In this document: piece after piece, positions 60,900-64,000 of the stretch
How the letters are laid out: every line of letters starts with the position of its first letter
How positions within the stretch are numbered: the first letter of the stretch is position 1
DNA from: the human T2T-CHM13v2.0 reference genome, Homo sapiens
Strand: one strand, 5' to 3'
Assembly: GCF_009914755.1 (NCBI RefSeq)
Contig: NC_060940.1
Length of the DNA: 64,000 nucleotides
The notes under the pieces: generated by a model
The model's input: the letters and a program-made list of their open reading frames with translations, nothing else
Databases searched by the model: none
What the model was told of the DNA's origin: nothing
Made by a program: the position numbers and the translations under genes

Positions 60900-61460
60900 A
60901 GTCCCAGGGCTTGAGGGAGGGGGCTCCACGCTCACCACTGACTCAGAAGATACCGCAAGGGAGCACTCTCGCTGGGAGGAGTCCCAGGTCTTGGCGACAG
61001 TCCTACTCACTGCCATGACTTACAACGGGGAGGGCATCAGCCAGGGGAGAAGGTGCGGGCGGGGCCGGGGAGACCAGCCGCAGCGTGGAACCCTCCCCAG
61101 GCGGAGCCACACGGGACGCTCGGGCTGCGAGCACAGGTGCGGGATGCTGACGGGGAAGCTGTGCGAGACTCAGTTCCCAGGGCTTTTGCCTAGGCTGGCA
61201 GTGCGGCCGCCTCTGCCTGGCATGTGCCGAGACTCTTTATGCCCAGAAGGAGGATGCTGGGCATAAATCGTGGCATGTGCAAAAACAGTGTGGCAAGGTG
61301 AGCTGCTCCTATCAGCGAACAGCGGGGGGACCTCCTGTTCCCAGACGCCAGCCGAGGGCAAAAACCTCCCACACATGTGCCTTCTGACCAGCCGAGGGCA
61401 ACGTCCCACACGTGGGCCTTCTGAGGACAGCGTCCCAGGCTGCTGGGCCAGCTCTCATCT
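60900..61460. mobile_element. Degenerate LTR, MER21-like
   Basis: cccagaaggaggatgctgggcataaatc...aaacagtgtggcaaggtgagc resembles MER21 from memory. Confidence 0.4.
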
Positions 61461-61625
61461 GCTGACCCTGTTCTTTCATTATTTATCGGCGCCTTTCTTG
61501 GCTATGAAAAGCAGGTGTGGACAGCCTCCCTGCAGAGTGAGCAGGTTACCATTGAACATCTAAAACCCCCACAGGGCACCACGGGCAGGAACCACCTTTC
61601 TTCTCTCCCTTAAAAGTCCTAAAAG

Positions 61626-63737
<2,112 letters not shown>

Positions 63738-64000
63738 TCAGAATTTCAGAGTTTTAAGAAACGCAGTTTCCATTCCTACTGGTTGCTATGGGATTATTAT
63801 GAAGACGAGCAGGCCAGTGCTTGTCTGTTTCAAACGAGGGGCACTGAGCAACCCTCCCCGGACTCTGGTGGCTCGACGAGGCTGCTGTGGCAACAGGAGC
63901 TGGCCTGGGTGGCCCTGACTCTCCACTTCCTCTGTGGTCAGGGCTGACCCTCCTTAACCCTATTTTCCAAATAAGGAGTGGAGACACAGAGTGCTGCTCG

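Overview
Human genomic DNA that I recognise as chr16q24.3. It is GC-rich and Alu-dense, and holds three known genes. CDT1 (+) is complete: 10 exons, CDS 14352-18798, 546 aa. APRT (-) is complete: 5 exons, CDS 22419-20218, 180 aa, tail-to-tail with CDT1. GALNS (-) is present as exons 2-14 (53220-24959); exon 1 lies beyond the right edge. All exon boundaries were read from the sequence and sum to the expected CDS lengths. The rest is Alu, L1, MaLR/ERV1 LTR and hAT DNA-transposon remnants, a polypurine tract, a GAT/GGT tract and many GC-rich minisatellites in GALNS introns. Nearly all entries in the ORF track are artefacts of these repeats. I see no convincing new gene or multi-gene system. The most unusual observations are: (1) a 3'-truncated, tail-less L1 with an intact 5'UTR and target-site duplications inside an Alu in GALNS intron 1; (2) LTR-derived poly(A) signals for both CDT1 and GALNS; (3) a tandemly duplicated splice acceptor at GALNS exon 8; (4) a CpG-rich VNTR with a ZFP57 hexamer in every unit; (5) latent GALNS pseudoexons; (6) a CDT1 Leu379Ser change relative to the reference protein as I recall it. 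Repeat subfamily names and reference-allele comparisons are from memory and need checking.
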